A DNA stretch of 64,000 nt from Candidatus Lloydbacteria bacterium (GCA_043719805.1 JAYSTI010000001.1:4161-68160); one strand, 5' to 3'; shown: positions 29,308 through 39,736, counted from the stretch's first letter. The notes: generated by a model from the letters alone, not told the origin. Numbers and translations: made by a program.

Positions 29308-30509
29308 GCTGGATGTCTGTCCAAAGGCGGCCTTTGGAGTTCGTTGATACTACTAATTGCATTCATTATATCCGCGTTCTCTTCCCCCGAAAAGACGTGC
29401 GCAAAATGTCCTTCGAAAAAGAGCGTCCTGCTTTCCTCATCAGATAGTCCGCGTAGTTTCGGGTAAAACATATCCCCTTCGCGTACGTGTGATATCGAGA
29501 GCTTATGCGCACACGAAACGTCGTTTGATGCCACATCAAGTGACGGTATCGCATCAATCTTTGCACCGGGGGTGAGTACGAGAAACTTCGCTTCCTGCGC
29601 ACCAACAACCTTGTGCACACCGTCTTTCATCACAACAAGTCCGCGGTACAGTATCTTCGACTTATCCTTCCCTGTTCCTGCGGTAAAAATATCCGAATGG
29701 GTATCGTCGGCCAAGTGTTCCGCGCTGACATCCACATCAAATTCGGCGTGATTGCTCGCGACCAATGCCTGGAGCACTTTCACTTTCGCACTGCTTCCGA
29801 TAAGTAAATTGTGTGTGATTGACGACACGAGCGCGTCTCCCGCGAGCAGTTCGCGCCAGACAAGGCCCGAATTTCCGGCTACTATTCCGCGCGACGAATG
29901 CATTACCATCTCCCCCGTGGAGAGAACGTCGCGCTGCGTAATGCGTGTGACGGTATCCTGCTCGGTTACGACGATGAGTGTTCGCGAATGTACAGACCCC
30001 AGAGCCCCACCACTCACGTTGGACGTAAATTCAAATTTCGCTCCCTCTTTCACGATAACCACAATGACATCAGAAGAAGAGCCCTTGGGAATCATCGTAT
30101 CAAGCGTCAGTTTTTCGGTGATGAACGTCCCGTCGTCCGCCATGTTGGGTTGCACATACACGACGAGTCCTGAAGAAAAGAGTGCGTTCCCGGTTGCGCG
30201 GAAAAAATCTTTCGGTGCAGGAAAAAAATCACTCTCAAGCAGTCCCCTCAATAGCGGTTCAATCTCCTCCTGAGTTACCGCCTCGCCCCATGTATATATT
30301 TCAAGACCCTTTGTCGTATCCACGTGATATTCTGCGACTCCCACAAAATCAGGTTCGGTTTCGGGAAAAAGCGCAGAGATACCAATGCCGTGCTTGATGG
30401 CCTTCGGAAGTGTCGAGGCATGCGCCATCTGCTTTTCCCGCCAGCCCAAAAGCCACTCGGGTTCTTTGAGTGTTTTGCTAATCTCTTTTATCTGCGTGAT
30501 ATTTGACAA
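29304..30509 (-). CDS. sufD: SufD family Fe-S assembly protein
   Basis: AIPSLDV..NDVSCAH; position in the suf operon. Confidence 0.85.
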   Translation of the reverse strand: MSNITQIKEISKTLKEPEWLLGWREKQMAHASTLPKAIKHGIGISALFPETEPDFVGVAEYHVDTTKGLEIYTWGEAVTQEEIEPLLRGLLESDFFPAPKDFFRATGNALFSSGLVVYVQPNMADDGTFITEKLTLDTMIPKGSSSDVIVVIVKEGAKFEFTSNVSGGALGSVHSRTLIVVTEQDTVTRITQRDVLSTGEMVMHSSRGIVAGNSGLVWRELLAGDALVSSITHNLLIGSSAKVKVLQALVASNHAEFDVDVSAEHLADDTHSDIFTAGTGKDKSKILYRGLVVMKDGVHKVVGAQEAKFLVLTPGAKIDAIPSLDVASNDVSCAHKLSISHVREGDMFYPKLRGLSDEESRTLFFEGHFAHVFSGEENADIMNAISSINELQRPPLDRHPA

Positions 30510-30613
30510 GATTTTTAGAGTATATTGTAATTTCTTGTTCGCGTAAACTTGACAATATTAAAAAAAATGGAGATAATTACAATAGGGAATTTTCCCAATT
30601 CGCGAAGTGAATC

Positions 30614-30775
30614 ATGGAATTCGGTCGTGGACTTCAACTCATCAGCTCGTTGACGATTGGTGCATTGGTCGGAGGTGCGGTGACGTACCTCTCGAACAAT
30701 GTTGCCGGATTCATCATCGGCATCTGCGTGGTCTTCCTCACAGTGCGCATCCATCGGCGGGTCACCGAAGGATGA
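30614..30775 (+). CDS. small 2-TM protein (53 aa), antisense within the suf operon
   Basis: Manual translation MEFGRGLQLISSLTIGALVGGAVTYLSNNVAGFIIGICVVFLTVRIHRRVTEG; TTGACA-17-GATAAT promoter at 30549; hairpin AAGCCGGCG/CGCCGGCTT. Confidence 0.6.
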   Translation: MEFGRGLQLISSLTIGALVGGAVTYLSNNVAGFIIGICVVFLTVRIHRRVTEG

Positions 30776-30841
30776 GCCACCAAGATCCAAGCCGGCGTTT
30801 ACGCCGGCTTCTTCACGCATATTTTCATTCGCGCAGAATCT

Positions 30842-32206
30842 CTATCCCACCGAATCCTCCATCTCAAGCTCAATGAGCTTGTTCAATTCGACTGCATACT
30901 CAAGAGGTAGCGCTTTCACAATAGGCTCCATAAATCCGCCGACAATAAGGCGGAGTGCCTCCGCCTCGGAGTACCCGCGCGACTGCAAATAAAACACCTC
31001 GTCCTCTCCGATACGTCCGACGCGCGCTTCGTGGGAGAGGTCTGCAGTATCATTTTCATTCTTCATCGACGGATAGGTATTTGAAACAGAGTCACCGTCG
31101 AGGATGAGCGCGTCACACGAGACCGATGATTGTGCATCGGTTGCACCGGGCAAGATGCGTACGAGCCCGCGATAGTTGGACACTCCCCCGCCTTTCGAGA
31201 CCGACTTCGAGCGGATGACCGAAACCGTCTCAGGGGCCATGTGTATCGCCTTCGAGCCCGTGTCTTGCACCTGCCCCGAGTTCGCCATCACGATGCCGAG
31301 CGACTCCGAACGCGCACCCCGCTCTAGTAACACTGAAGACGGATAGAGCATTGTTGCACGTGAACCCATGTTACCGTTCACCCACTCGATAAGTCCCCGC
31401 TCAAACACGAGTGCTTTTTTTGTATTCAAATTATAGGTGTTCTTGGACCAATTCTCGACGCTAATATATTTTACCTTCGCATGTTTCTTCACCCATATCT
31501 CCACACAGCCGGCATGGAGCGAGCTCTCCGTGTACTGCGGCGCAGAACAACCCTCGATGTACGTTATCTCGGAGCCCTCATCGGCGATGATGAGCGTGTG
31601 TTCGAACTGCGCCGAGCGCGCTTTGTTCATGCGGAAATACGCCTGAAGCGGAAGCTCAGCGGATACACCCTTCGGCACGTAGATGAACGTTCCCCCACTC
31701 CACACTGCCGCGTGCAACATCACAAATTTGTGGTCGGTGATTGGTACGCACTTCGTCATGAAGTGCTCTTTCACCATTTCGGGATATTTCTCCAATGCAA
31801 CATCCATGTTCTCAAAGATGACGCCCTTCTTTGCAAGCGAATCCTGAATGCGGTGGTACACGATACCGGAGTCAAACTGCGCGCCAACGCCTCCAAGGTA
31901 ATCACGCTCCGCCTTGGGAATTCCCAGTTTTTCAAATGTATCGGTAATCTCCTTCGGTAATTCCTTCCAGTCATCAGTCTCCTTCACGTTTGGGTCCACG
32001 TAGTACGTCATCCCATCGAGGTCGAGGCCGGAGAGGTCGGGACCCCAATTGGGCATCGCGGCCTCACGCCAGAGTGCGAGTGCCTTAAGGCGCAACTCGA
32101 GCATCCACTCGGGTTCATTTTTCGTCGCGGAGATTTGTCGAACAAGCGCTTCCGTCGGCCCGACGTTGGCGAGCGTCTCCTTCTCCGATAAAACTTTTTT
32201 AACCAT
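30842..32206 (-). CDS. sufB: Fe-S cluster assembly protein SufB
   Basis: AVWSGGTFIYVPKG, QFEHTLI, YIEGCSAP, LPLEYAVELN..EMEDSVG. Confidence 0.95.
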   Translation of the reverse strand: MVKKVLSEKETLANVGPTEALVRQISATKNEPEWMLELRLKALALWREAAMPNWGPDLSGLDLDGMTYYVDPNVKETDDWKELPKEITDTFEKLGIPKAERDYLGGVGAQFDSGIVYHRIQDSLAKKGVIFENMDVALEKYPEMVKEHFMTKCVPITDHKFVMLHAAVWSGGTFIYVPKGVSAELPLQAYFRMNKARSAQFEHTLIIADEGSEITYIEGCSAPQYTESSLHAGCVEIWVKKHAKVKYISVENWSKNTYNLNTKKALVFERGLIEWVNGNMGSRATMLYPSSVLLERGARSESLGIVMANSGQVQDTGSKAIHMAPETVSVIRSKSVSKGGGVSNYRGLVRILPGATDAQSSVSCDALILDGDSVSNTYPSMKNENDTADLSHEARVGRIGEDEVFYLQSRGYSEAEALRLIVGGFMEPIVKALPLEYAVELNKLIELEMEDSVG

Positions 32207-32275
32207 ATATTGCTTGACAGTATACGGATTTAATGTAATTTAGCAACAGAAGATCCCCACAGAAAAGGAAGTTCA

Positions 32276-32578
32276 ATGTCCGGTAGTCGCCCCGAACGCA
32301 AGGAAGACAGACTCGCGAGGATTCTCGCAAGCACTTTGGAGCAGCGAGGAAAAGACCTCACTGACGCGTTCTGCAGAGAGATTGCAGCAATGCCCGAAAT
32401 TGCCGAGCTCAAACGGGATTACAAGATAACCGACGTCGAGTGGTACCAATTCATTGCCACGCTCGCTGGCAAAGCACTTCACGGTGAACACGTGGAGAGC
32501 GTCGTCCACGCCTTCAACCGAACCTACGCATTCAAAGACCGACCAGTCACATCGAGGAAACGTACCATCAGGCACTGA
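32276..32578 (+). CDS. hypothetical protein
   Basis: TTGACA at 32214, AAGGA SD, downstream terminator. Confidence 0.6.
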   Translation: MSGSRPERKEDRLARILASTLEQRGKDLTDAFCREIAAMPEIAELKRDYKITDVEWYQFIATLAGKALHGEHVESVVHAFNRTYAFKDRPVTSRKRTIRH

Positions 32579-32682
32579 CAACCATCTCCACCAAAGGGTG
32601 GGGATTTTTTTACATAAATTTTGCTCTCAAGAAACACCACCAATGTTTCATCAGTGGTGTTTTTCGTATCCATAAATTTGCA

Positions 32683-33024
32683 CTACGTTTTTTTTCCTTC
32701 TGATTGCGGAAACCGCATCATAAGTCTTTTCTTCAATTCACGCGCGTAAGGATCATTCATAATGGCGATTGCCGCGTTCAAGTTTCTCATCACCTTCTCA
32801 ATGTCCCCCTCAAACGGTTTGCCGCCATCCTTGCCCTCATTCTCTAATTGCTCGAGCAGCTCTTCGGCAGCCATGATGTGGCCTTCCACCTCCGTCTCTA
32901 CGGCGCGGCCTCCTTCCTCCACTTGTCCGACGAGCTGGGTATTAATAATATCAAGCTCATGCACGATGTCCCGCTGTGATTTTGGGACCTCCTCGGGAAT
33001 CGATTCACTTCTATCCTGTGTCAT
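32683..33024 (-). CDS. hypothetical protein
   Basis: Acidic helical ORF. Confidence 0.6.
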   Translation of the reverse strand: MTQDRSESIPEEVPKSQRDIVHELDIINTQLVGQVEEGGRAVETEVEGHIMAAEELLEQLENEGKDGGKPFEGDIEKVMRNLNAAIAIMNDPYARELKKRLMMRFPQSEGKKT

Positions 33025-33053
33025 ATTTAAGTATTCTTTCCTACTTCGCGAAT

Positions 33054-33320
33054 TTACGCAAGAGGAATCTCACCCTCGGCGGGCTGCTGATAATTTCTAC
33101 TGACGGTCTCAAGATAAAGCCCTTCCACCCTCTCTCTCGCCCAAGATGTTTTGCGCAAAAAAGTCAGACTTGATTTTATGCTTGGATTCAGCAAAAAACA
33201 TTTGATATTGATGCGTGCGCCAAGCTCCTCCCATCCGTATTCTGCCAAGAGGTACTCCAATACGACCTGAAGCGTCTTGCCGTGTAGAGGATTATTGGGA
33301 TGTTTGGATGGCTCGTACAT
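33054..33320 (-). CDS. VF530 family (DUF2132) putative DNA-binding protein
   Basis: [32 protein letters not shown]. Confidence 0.9.
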   Translation of the reverse strand: MYEPSKHPNNPLHGKTLQVVLEYLLAEYGWEELGARINIKCFLLNPSIKSSLTFLRKTSWARERVEGLYLETVSRNYQQPAEGEIPLA

Positions 33321-33377
33321 AGCGATAGTGTAGCATGCGCATTCGCTCTTTTTACTATTGCGGTATACTGCAACCTA

Positions 33378-33809
33378 ATGAATAAAAAGTCATTCTTAAA
33401 TGCGCTCCGTGATGTCTACTGTCGGCTCGGAGTCACCAAACACGGGGTTGGGGTAATCGCCGTCCGCACAATTCCAAAAGGTACCGACCCATTCAAGAAC
33501 TCCGACCCATGCGGCGATGTACTCAAAATTCCCAAAGTCGAACTCGACCGATTCGAGGCGCCCGAAGAAGCAAAGAAGATGGTACGCGATTTCTGCGCTC
33601 TTCAAGATGGCGTCTATTTTGTCCCTAATTACGGCATCGATGCCGTCACAAAATTTTATTACCTCAACCACTCAAAAACGCCCAACATGATAACTCCCGA
33701 CAAAGGAGAAACTTTCATCACCTTGCGCAGTATCAAGGCCGGCGAAGAACTCACTGCCGATTACGATGACTACCACGAAACAACGCACTTCGCTCGTGAA
33801 ATGCATTGA
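33378..33809 (+). CDS. SET domain protein
   Basis: HGVGVIA..IPKG, YLNHS..PN, IKAGEELTADY. Confidence 0.88.
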   Translation: MNKKSFLNALRDVYCRLGVTKHGVGVIAVRTIPKGTDPFKNSDPCGDVLKIPKVELDRFEAPEEAKKMVRDFCALQDGVYFVPNYGIDAVTKFYYLNHSKTPNMITPDKGETFITLRSIKAGEELTADYDDYHETTHFAREMH

Positions 33810-33844
33810 GGCAAATGATTAGTGATTCAGGAAGGCTGATTCGC

Positions 33845-34294
33845 TTAAGCAAACTGGATATTAGGATGCTTGTCGACGATGGCCTGTGCGGCACCCCCCT
33901 GCTCGAGCATGCGCAGTGACTCCACTAGTAGTGCTTGGTCACTCATTGCGCCATGGTGATACTCCGCGTCGGCGGGCTTCTCGTCGTGTCGCAATATATC
34001 GTAGATGCACCTTGGGTCTATGCCGGTCTCCGTTGTGATTGCGCCGATATCCACTCCGGATATCTCTGAAGTTATCTTGGTTTGGTCTCCCGCGGGAATT
34101 CCGGATTGATTCACGCGAGGCTTATATGGCATACTCTCTTCCGCCAAAAGTATGACCCGGTTATAATCCGTTTCGTTAATGCGGCCACCAGATGCGACAT
34201 ATCCCGCGTAAGAATACTTCGGTTCTCCCTCACCCATTGTCGGCGCCGCAACATCGAAGTCCCTTCCGACCTCCTCTTGATTTTCTGTTGTCAT
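33845..34294 (-). CDS. hypothetical protein
   Basis: 149 aa ORF with ATG start. Confidence 0.6.
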   Translation of the reverse strand: MTTENQEEVGRDFDVAAPTMGEGEPKYSYAGYVASGGRINETDYNRVILLAEESMPYKPRVNQSGIPAGDQTKITSEISGVDIGAITTETGIDPRCIYDILRHDEKPADAEYHHGAMSDQALLVESLRMLEQGGAAQAIVDKHPNIQFA

Positions 34295-34445
34295 GTCGTC
34301 ATGTTACACGGAGTAACGCTTTGCACAAGGCACACACTGATTACGGCAACAAGAATCGCGTTTCTCTCTAACGCAATCAACTATGAATTGTGGACGCACT
34401 CTTCGCATTAGTTCTATAATGAGACATTATCATTATTTAAATGAA

Positions 34446-34886
34446 ATGAATAAAAAAATATTTCTCACAGGTGCAATAATGGCGGCAACGGTAATCGCAG
34501 TCCCGGCATTCGCACAGACAAACGAAGTGATTGCAAGACCGGTACCGACAGCCAAGGTCAGCTTTGAGTGTGTGCAGGCGGCAGTTGACGTGCGCGAAAC
34601 ATCCATCGGAGTGGCATTCTCCGCATTTTCAACTGCAGAAAATACGGCTCTTTCTGCGCGCAAAACAGCATTACACGATGCATGGGGAACGACGGTTGCA
34701 AAAGACCGTCGCGCCGCCCGCAATAAGGCCTGGAGTGACTATCGGACCGCAAGTCGTGCGGCTTTTACCGCAATGCGCACCGCACGCAAAGAAACCTGGG
34801 CTGCATTTAGCGCCGCATCAAAAGCCTGCAAGGTAGACGTCGTTGAGGAACCCGGACAAGAAGGCGCTGGAAGTCTGGGACTCTAA
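34446..34886 (+). CDS. secreted helical hypothetical protein
   Basis: Signal peptide ending VPAFA; two Cys flanking an Ala/Arg-rich helix. Confidence 0.7.
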   Translation: MNKKIFLTGAIMAATVIAVPAFAQTNEVIARPVPTAKVSFECVQAAVDVRETSIGVAFSAFSTAENTALSARKTALHDAWGTTVAKDRRAARNKAWSDYRTASRAAFTAMRTARKETWAAFSAASKACKVDVVEEPGQEGAGSLGL

Positions 34887-35024
34887 GCCAAGCTGAATTG
34901 TATTAAATAGAACTTCAAAAACACCCGCAAGTGTGTTTTTGAAATAAAATTCTATCTGTGTTTGTACTTTTTTTGGGCAAAAAAAATCCCAACAAAAAGT
35001 TGGGGCGTGGTGCGCTGCAAATAT

Positions 35025-35474
35025 CTACTGCAGTGGTGTCGGAGGGCCACTCGTGGAAACGTCCAGACCAAGCGCACAGAGCATCGTTTTGTACATTGCG
35101 ATTTGCTCCTCTCTCGCGTGGTGGCCGAGACATAGATTGCGCGTATTGCCGAAGTCAAGAACGACGAAATACGCAAGTTCATTTGCTATCTGACCAATGG
35201 CGCGAAGGTACATCGGCTGAAACAGTACGTTTTTGATTGCCATGCAAGGCGGCGTGCACTGTTCCGTCATGATTCGCGTGAACTCGCCCCACAAGAGGTC
35301 ACATCCGGCGTCACTCGAAAAATGCTCCGTGCGCACTTTCGGGTCGGTGTTAAAGGCAAACACAACCCCAGGAACTCCGTTGGCTGTTTCCCTCTTCGCA
35401 TAAAGCAGATACGGCCCGCGCGCCAACAGCTCATCAATGAGCGTTACGTTACCAATGAAATCTTTTGCATCCAT
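35025..35474 (-). CDS. hypothetical protein
   Basis: TTGACA-17-GATAGT promoter, GAGGG SD, downstream terminator. Confidence 0.6.
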   Translation of the reverse strand: MDAKDFIGNVTLIDELLARGPYLLYAKRETANGVPGVVFAFNTDPKVRTEHFSSDAGCDLLWGEFTRIMTEQCTPPCMAIKNVLFQPMYLRAIGQIANELAYFVVLDFGNTRNLCLGHHAREEQIAMYKTMLCALGLDVSTSGPPTPLQ

Positions 35475-35647
35475 GACAAAACCCTCTGGTCATCTTCTTG
35501 TCTCACTATCGTCGCGCGAGCCCCTATTGTCAATGACTGCGTGAATACAGAAGCAAACGAACGACAGTACGATTAATGACGCATCGACAAATTGCGTAAA
35601 ATAAGTAACATGGAAATCAGCAAGTCAGTACAACCAAGGAGTAGTGA

Positions 35648-35905
35648 ATGTTCAAGGACAGAAAGACACTCGACCGAACCGTGACGGTCACGGCACAACG
35701 AAAAGGCAATGGCGCCATTGGTGGCGGACGCAAAGGCCATAGCGGCAAGAAGGGCATCATCAAGGGGCTAGACGAATCCGGAAAGATTGTCGAGCTCGCT
35801 CGCGCAACCGGCACCACGATGAAGGACCTCTCGCGAGAACTTCGCAAGACGGGCCTCATCCCCGAGTATGTCTCCATCAACTCAAAGGGTGACACGACCT
35901 TCTGA
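35648..35905 (+). CDS. small basic hypothetical protein
   Basis: AAGGAG SD, terminator ACCCT..AGGGT-T7. Confidence 0.6.
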   Translation: MFKDRKTLDRTVTVTAQRKGNGAIGGGRKGHSGKKGIIKGLDESGKIVELARATGTTMKDLSRELRKTGLIPEYVSINSKGDTTF

Positions 35906-36006
35906 GAACACCAACCCTACGCCTCGCGCGCAGGGTTTTTTTAATATGAAAAGTTAGTTGATCAATATAAAAACTAAACCGCCAAATAATTTGGCGGCAG
36001 AGACGG

Positions 36007-36441
36007 TCATGGTATTTGCGTAATGAGCGATTGCGAGAGTCCATGCGGACTAGGTCTCCCCTGCGCATCTTTCAGAACAAAAACAATTTCTTGCACTACA
36101 CAGACTGGTGTCGTGTCTTGCGAGTCGAACACGTCGATATCAACCCGAAACGTGACGGACGTTCTCCCGATTCGGATGAGCGTACTCTTGAGTGACACCA
36201 AATCGCCAAGAAAGACCGGGCGTCGGAATTGAATGCCGCCATTGATGGCAACTGTTGCGAAGTTCGCGCTGTGAAAAATCTTTCGCGCAGCGATAGCGGC
36301 TGCTTCGTCTATCCACGCGAGCATCATCCCCCCAAAGAGCGCGCCGGCAGCATTCATGTGCTCGGGGCGAACGAGTCGTTCGGTAATACTAATCATGACT
36401 TCTCTCCCGTGTACCGTTCGTGAAAATGTATCTTTTATCAT
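36007..36441 (-). CDS. acyl-CoA thioesterase (hotdog fold, YciA-like)
   Basis: PEHMNAAGALFGG..WIDEAA, GRTSV. Confidence 0.88.
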   Translation of the reverse strand: MIKDTFSRTVHGREVMISITERLVRPEHMNAAGALFGGMMLAWIDEAAAIAARKIFHSANFATVAINGGIQFRRPVFLGDLVSLKSTLIRIGRTSVTFRVDIDVFDSQDTTPVCVVQEIVFVLKDAQGRPSPHGLSQSLITQIP

Positions 36442-36516
36442 GCTCGCACGACATCACACTCTCTGCAATTCAACGTCTTCCTTGTGATCGCCTTTTTCCA
36501 CGAGTACACTGATGAC

Positions 36517-37629
36517 ATGAATGCAAAAGCGGCAAAGGGGCGACAGTACTACATCGGCATCATGTCAGGCACAAGCCTCGACGGAGCCGACGCGATACTT
36601 GCTGATTTAAGCAACGTACCAATCACCGTGCGCGCAACAAGTTTTGTGCCGTTCGACAAGCGGCTTCGCGATACACTACTCACACTCCACAAAGACGAGA
36701 AAGGCGCACTCCGGCTGGCGGCTACCGTCGCGAACAAGTTAGTACGTCTGTACGCAAAGAGTGTTGCAATAGTGCTCGCAAATGCGGGTCTTCAGCCGAA
36801 AGATATTATCGCCATCGGATGCCACGGACAAACGATACTCCATCGCCCCGACCTCGGATGGACACTGCAACTTAATAATCCTTCCCTTCTTGCCGAGCTC
36901 TCCGGCATTACCGTTGTTTCCGATTTTCGCAGTCGCGACGTCGCCGCAGGCGGGCAAGGCGCGCCGCTTGTACCCGCTTTTCATGACGCGATATTTCGTC
37001 ATCCGACATCTCACCGCGTTATTTTAAACATCGGCGGCATTGCGAACATCACCAACCTAAAGCCGGGCAAAGCAACGATTGGTTTTGATACAGGGCCCGG
37101 CAACATGCTCATGGATGACTGGATATACAAGCAGAAAAAAATCGCATTTGATAAAGACGGCACATGGGCAGCCGGAGGAGTGGTCATCCCGAAACTACTG
37201 AAACAGCTTCTCGCCGACTCCTATTTTAGAGTGAAACCTCCAAAATCTAGCGGGCGCGATCTTTTCAACGCGCAATGGTACAAGCGATATTTAAAACCGG
37301 AATTCAATAATCGTGACGTACAAGCGACACTCCTAGAGCTCACCTGCATCACTATCGCTGAGGCAATCACCCAATATTGTCGCGGAGCAAAGGAGCTTTA
37401 CCTTTGTGGAGGCGGGGCGCTGAACACCGCACTTCGCTGCCGGCTCGCCGGACTCATTCCGGGTGTACGCATCGCAAAGAGCACCGAATTGGGAGTTGGC
37501 ACACAAGACGTTGAAGCACTCGCATTCGCCTGGCTCGCACAACAAACAATTCTTGGACGTCCGGGGAATCTTCCCGAGGTCAGCGGTGCACGAGGAAAAA
37601 GAATTCTCGGCGGAATCTATCAAAAGTAG
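36517..37629 (+). CDS. anmK: anhydro-N-acetylmuramic acid kinase
   Basis: GIMSGTSLDG, GCHGQT, DFRSRDVAAGGQGAPLVP, NIGGIAN, FDTGPGN, EALAFAWLA. Confidence 0.95.
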   Translation: MNAKAAKGRQYYIGIMSGTSLDGADAILADLSNVPITVRATSFVPFDKRLRDTLLTLHKDEKGALRLAATVANKLVRLYAKSVAIVLANAGLQPKDIIAIGCHGQTILHRPDLGWTLQLNNPSLLAELSGITVVSDFRSRDVAAGGQGAPLVPAFHDAIFRHPTSHRVILNIGGIANITNLKPGKATIGFDTGPGNMLMDDWIYKQKKIAFDKDGTWAAGGVVIPKLLKQLLADSYFRVKPPKSSGRDLFNAQWYKRYLKPEFNNRDVQATLLELTCITIAEAITQYCRGAKELYLCGGGALNTALRCRLAGLIPGVRIAKSTELGVGTQDVEALAFAWLAQQTILGRPGNLPEVSGARGKRILGGIYQK

Positions 37630-37688
37630 GAAAACAAAAACATCGCACCATGATGGTGCGATGTTTTTGAAAGTGACTTAGCGAGTAT

Positions 37689-38069
37689 TTATTTGCGTGT
37701 ATCTTCAAATGTCTTGAGCATTGCATCCGCCTTGTCTGCGCCTTCTATGTCTCCGGCTAATCGTAATTGAATGCTTTTTTCGAGAAGATGCACTCTCATT
37801 TTATTATCCTTTTCCTCCCGCGTCTCTTTTGGGGCGACCACTTCGGGGGCAGTAGGTCCATTGTCCATGACTGTATTGATGATCCGATCGGCTGCGGACT
37901 GTTCGAATCTTCCCTCTTTCACGCGTGCATCCGCCAACGTCGGGTCCTCAAGCGACAGCTCGAGTCCTTCGCTTAGGCGCGCAGCCTCGGCTGCCTGCTC
38001 TTCGCTTACTTGTTCACCCCCCTGCCAACCATACTCCCCACCTCTCGCCTCACCGGATGCTGTTGCCAT
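37689..38069 (-). CDS. hypothetical protein
   Basis: Acidic 126 aa ORF. Confidence 0.6.
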   Translation of the reverse strand: MATASGEARGGEYGWQGGEQVSEEQAAEAARLSEGLELSLEDPTLADARVKEGRFEQSAADRIINTVMDNGPTAPEVVAPKETREEKDNKMRVHLLEKSIQLRLAGDIEGADKADAMLKTFEDTRK

Positions 38070-38239
38070 GTGCTTGAATATTAATAATTAAATATTTTTG
38101 TTATTAAGTAATGATACAATACTCTTCATTACTATGCGTCTATTATAGCGCAAATCTGACTACTTGTCAACGTCCACTCGAGTAGCCTTCAGAGCGCAAT
38201 TTGCCATCGCCTCAACAAATTTCCTGATATACTTGGCTA

Positions 38240-38452
38240 ATGAAATCACGCGAAAAACGCCGACGTTCAGGTGCAAAAGCACTCAGCTACCGCATCTTAA
38301 GCATCAGCGTCGATTCGGTTGTCGCATACTTTTTTACGCGTGACGCAGGACTAAGCGCCATGATAGTCCTTTTCGTAAACGGATACAGCACCGCTCTGTA
38401 TTATCTCCATGAGCGCGTATGGTCGCACATCCACTGGGGCCGCAAACAATAG
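38240..38452 (+). CDS. DUF2061 family membrane protein
   Basis: RS.AKALSYR...YYLHERVW..I.WG. Confidence 0.85.
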   Translation: MKSREKRRRSGAKALSYRILSISVDSVVAYFFTRDAGLSAMIVLFVNGYSTALYYLHERVWSHIHWGRKQ

Positions 38453-38504
38453 CACGCAAAAAAGCCGCGCATGCGCGGCTGTGTCTTTCTGTTTCTCCGC
38501 TTGC

Positions 38505-38918
38505 TCAGCGGGTGAACACGACAAGCTTCTTCTTGGATGCCTCGAGGCCGGCAATGATAGCCGCCACATCCGCACCATCGCGCAGGCCAATGGGACCGGA
38601 GCCCATGAGCACAACGGCGATTGTCTCACCTTCCGGGACGTCGAGCGCATCGAGACATTCGGTGACAACCTTCGGCGTCTCTTTCCATCCGCCTTGGCCG
38701 AGACGGTGGCACACAAGCGCGTGGTAGGTTCTTTTCCCTGCGACGTGGGACGCAGTTGCTCCGAGCCGTACTCGTCCGGTGTGCTCGATTTCCGGCCAGT
38801 AACGCCCCGACACGACACCGGCAAATCCTGAATTGTTGTCTCCGCGCGTGTTGACCGCAAAGGCGATGTGCTTGTGCGCGGATGCGAAAATGTCACCACA
38901 AACCCGTTCAACTATCAT
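38505..38918 (-). CDS. macro-domain-like (ADP-ribose processing) protein, phage-type
   Basis: GDIF..IAFAVN..G..SGFAG, ...MGSG..G; own promoter, SD GGAG, terminator. Confidence 0.65.
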   Translation of the reverse strand: MIVERVCGDIFASAHKHIAFAVNTRGDNNSGFAGVVSGRYWPEIEHTGRVRLGATASHVAGKRTYHALVCHRLGQGGWKETPKVVTECLDALDVPEGETIAVVLMGSGPIGLRDGADVAAIIAGLEASKKKLVVFTR

Positions 38919-39148
38919 TGTGAATCTCCATGATGGTTATTCCTTCCATGCGCAACGTTGCGCCCAAAATATCTAAAACTATTAAAACAAACTATCCACG
39001 AACTGTCAACATCACCACGGGTGTTGCTCCTACGTAGATGTTTACGGACTAACAAATAGTGCTACCATTAAACTACATTAACCATATATCAATCTATTGG
39101 CCGACTATGATTCCCCACTTGTGAACACCGCAATGGTATAATTGTTTC

Positions 39149-39391
39149 ATGAATATTGAAGAGCAAAACAATGAGATCATCACGCAGCTAGTGACCTTGA
39201 ATACGAGCATCAAAGAGCAGAACACAAAGATGCACATCCTCGGCACCGGGGTCCTAAACGGTATCGGATTTTTTATAGGCTCGGCAATTCTTGCCACAAT
39301 AGCATTAGGCATTTTTGGACCACTGGTGGGAAAGATCTCTTGGGTCAAGGACAATTTCAGCAGGGGCACAACCATTCTCCAGGCTCGTTAG
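39149..39391 (+). CDS. small membrane protein
   Basis: GVLNGIGFFIGSAIL hydrophobic segment. Confidence 0.65.
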   Translation: MNIEEQNNEIITQLVTLNTSIKEQNTKMHILGTGVLNGIGFFIGSAILATIALGIFGPLVGKISWVKDNFSRGTTILQAR

Positions 39392-39502
39392 ATAGTGGGC
39401 GCAATCTTGCCGCGACCATTGTTCAGGCCTCGCCTTGGCATTTGACTTTAGGCCTGTTTCGTGTTAATCTTTCGTCAGATCCAACAACGCAAAGGAACGC
39501 TC

Positions 39503-39736
39503 ATGACAATCTTCGAAGCGCGTCACCACCCCGAAGCGGGTGACGACGAGGTCCATCTCGGCAACTATGGCCATGAGCTTTGGCTCAACGTCGGCTGGAA
39601 AACGAAGCGCAGAGGCATCACTCCGTACGATGTGAACGGCGTCGCACTGACGCACGGCCAGGCGCGTCCGGTCTTCGTGAAGCGCAGCGAGATCGAGGCC
39701 GCGGGCTTCACCATCACGGAAATCGCGCGATCGTAA
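39503..39736 (+). CDS. hypothetical protein
   Basis: TTGACT-17-TAATCT promoter, AAGGA SD. Confidence 0.65.
   Translation: MTIFEARHHPEAGDDEVHLGNYGHELWLNVGWKTKRRGITPYDVNGVALTHGQARPVFVKRSEIEAAGFTITEIARS

Noticed and set aside
30607-30876. 89 aa ORF from the track
   Set aside because: The 30614-30775 frame gives a better protein (two TM helices) and ends before the terminator.
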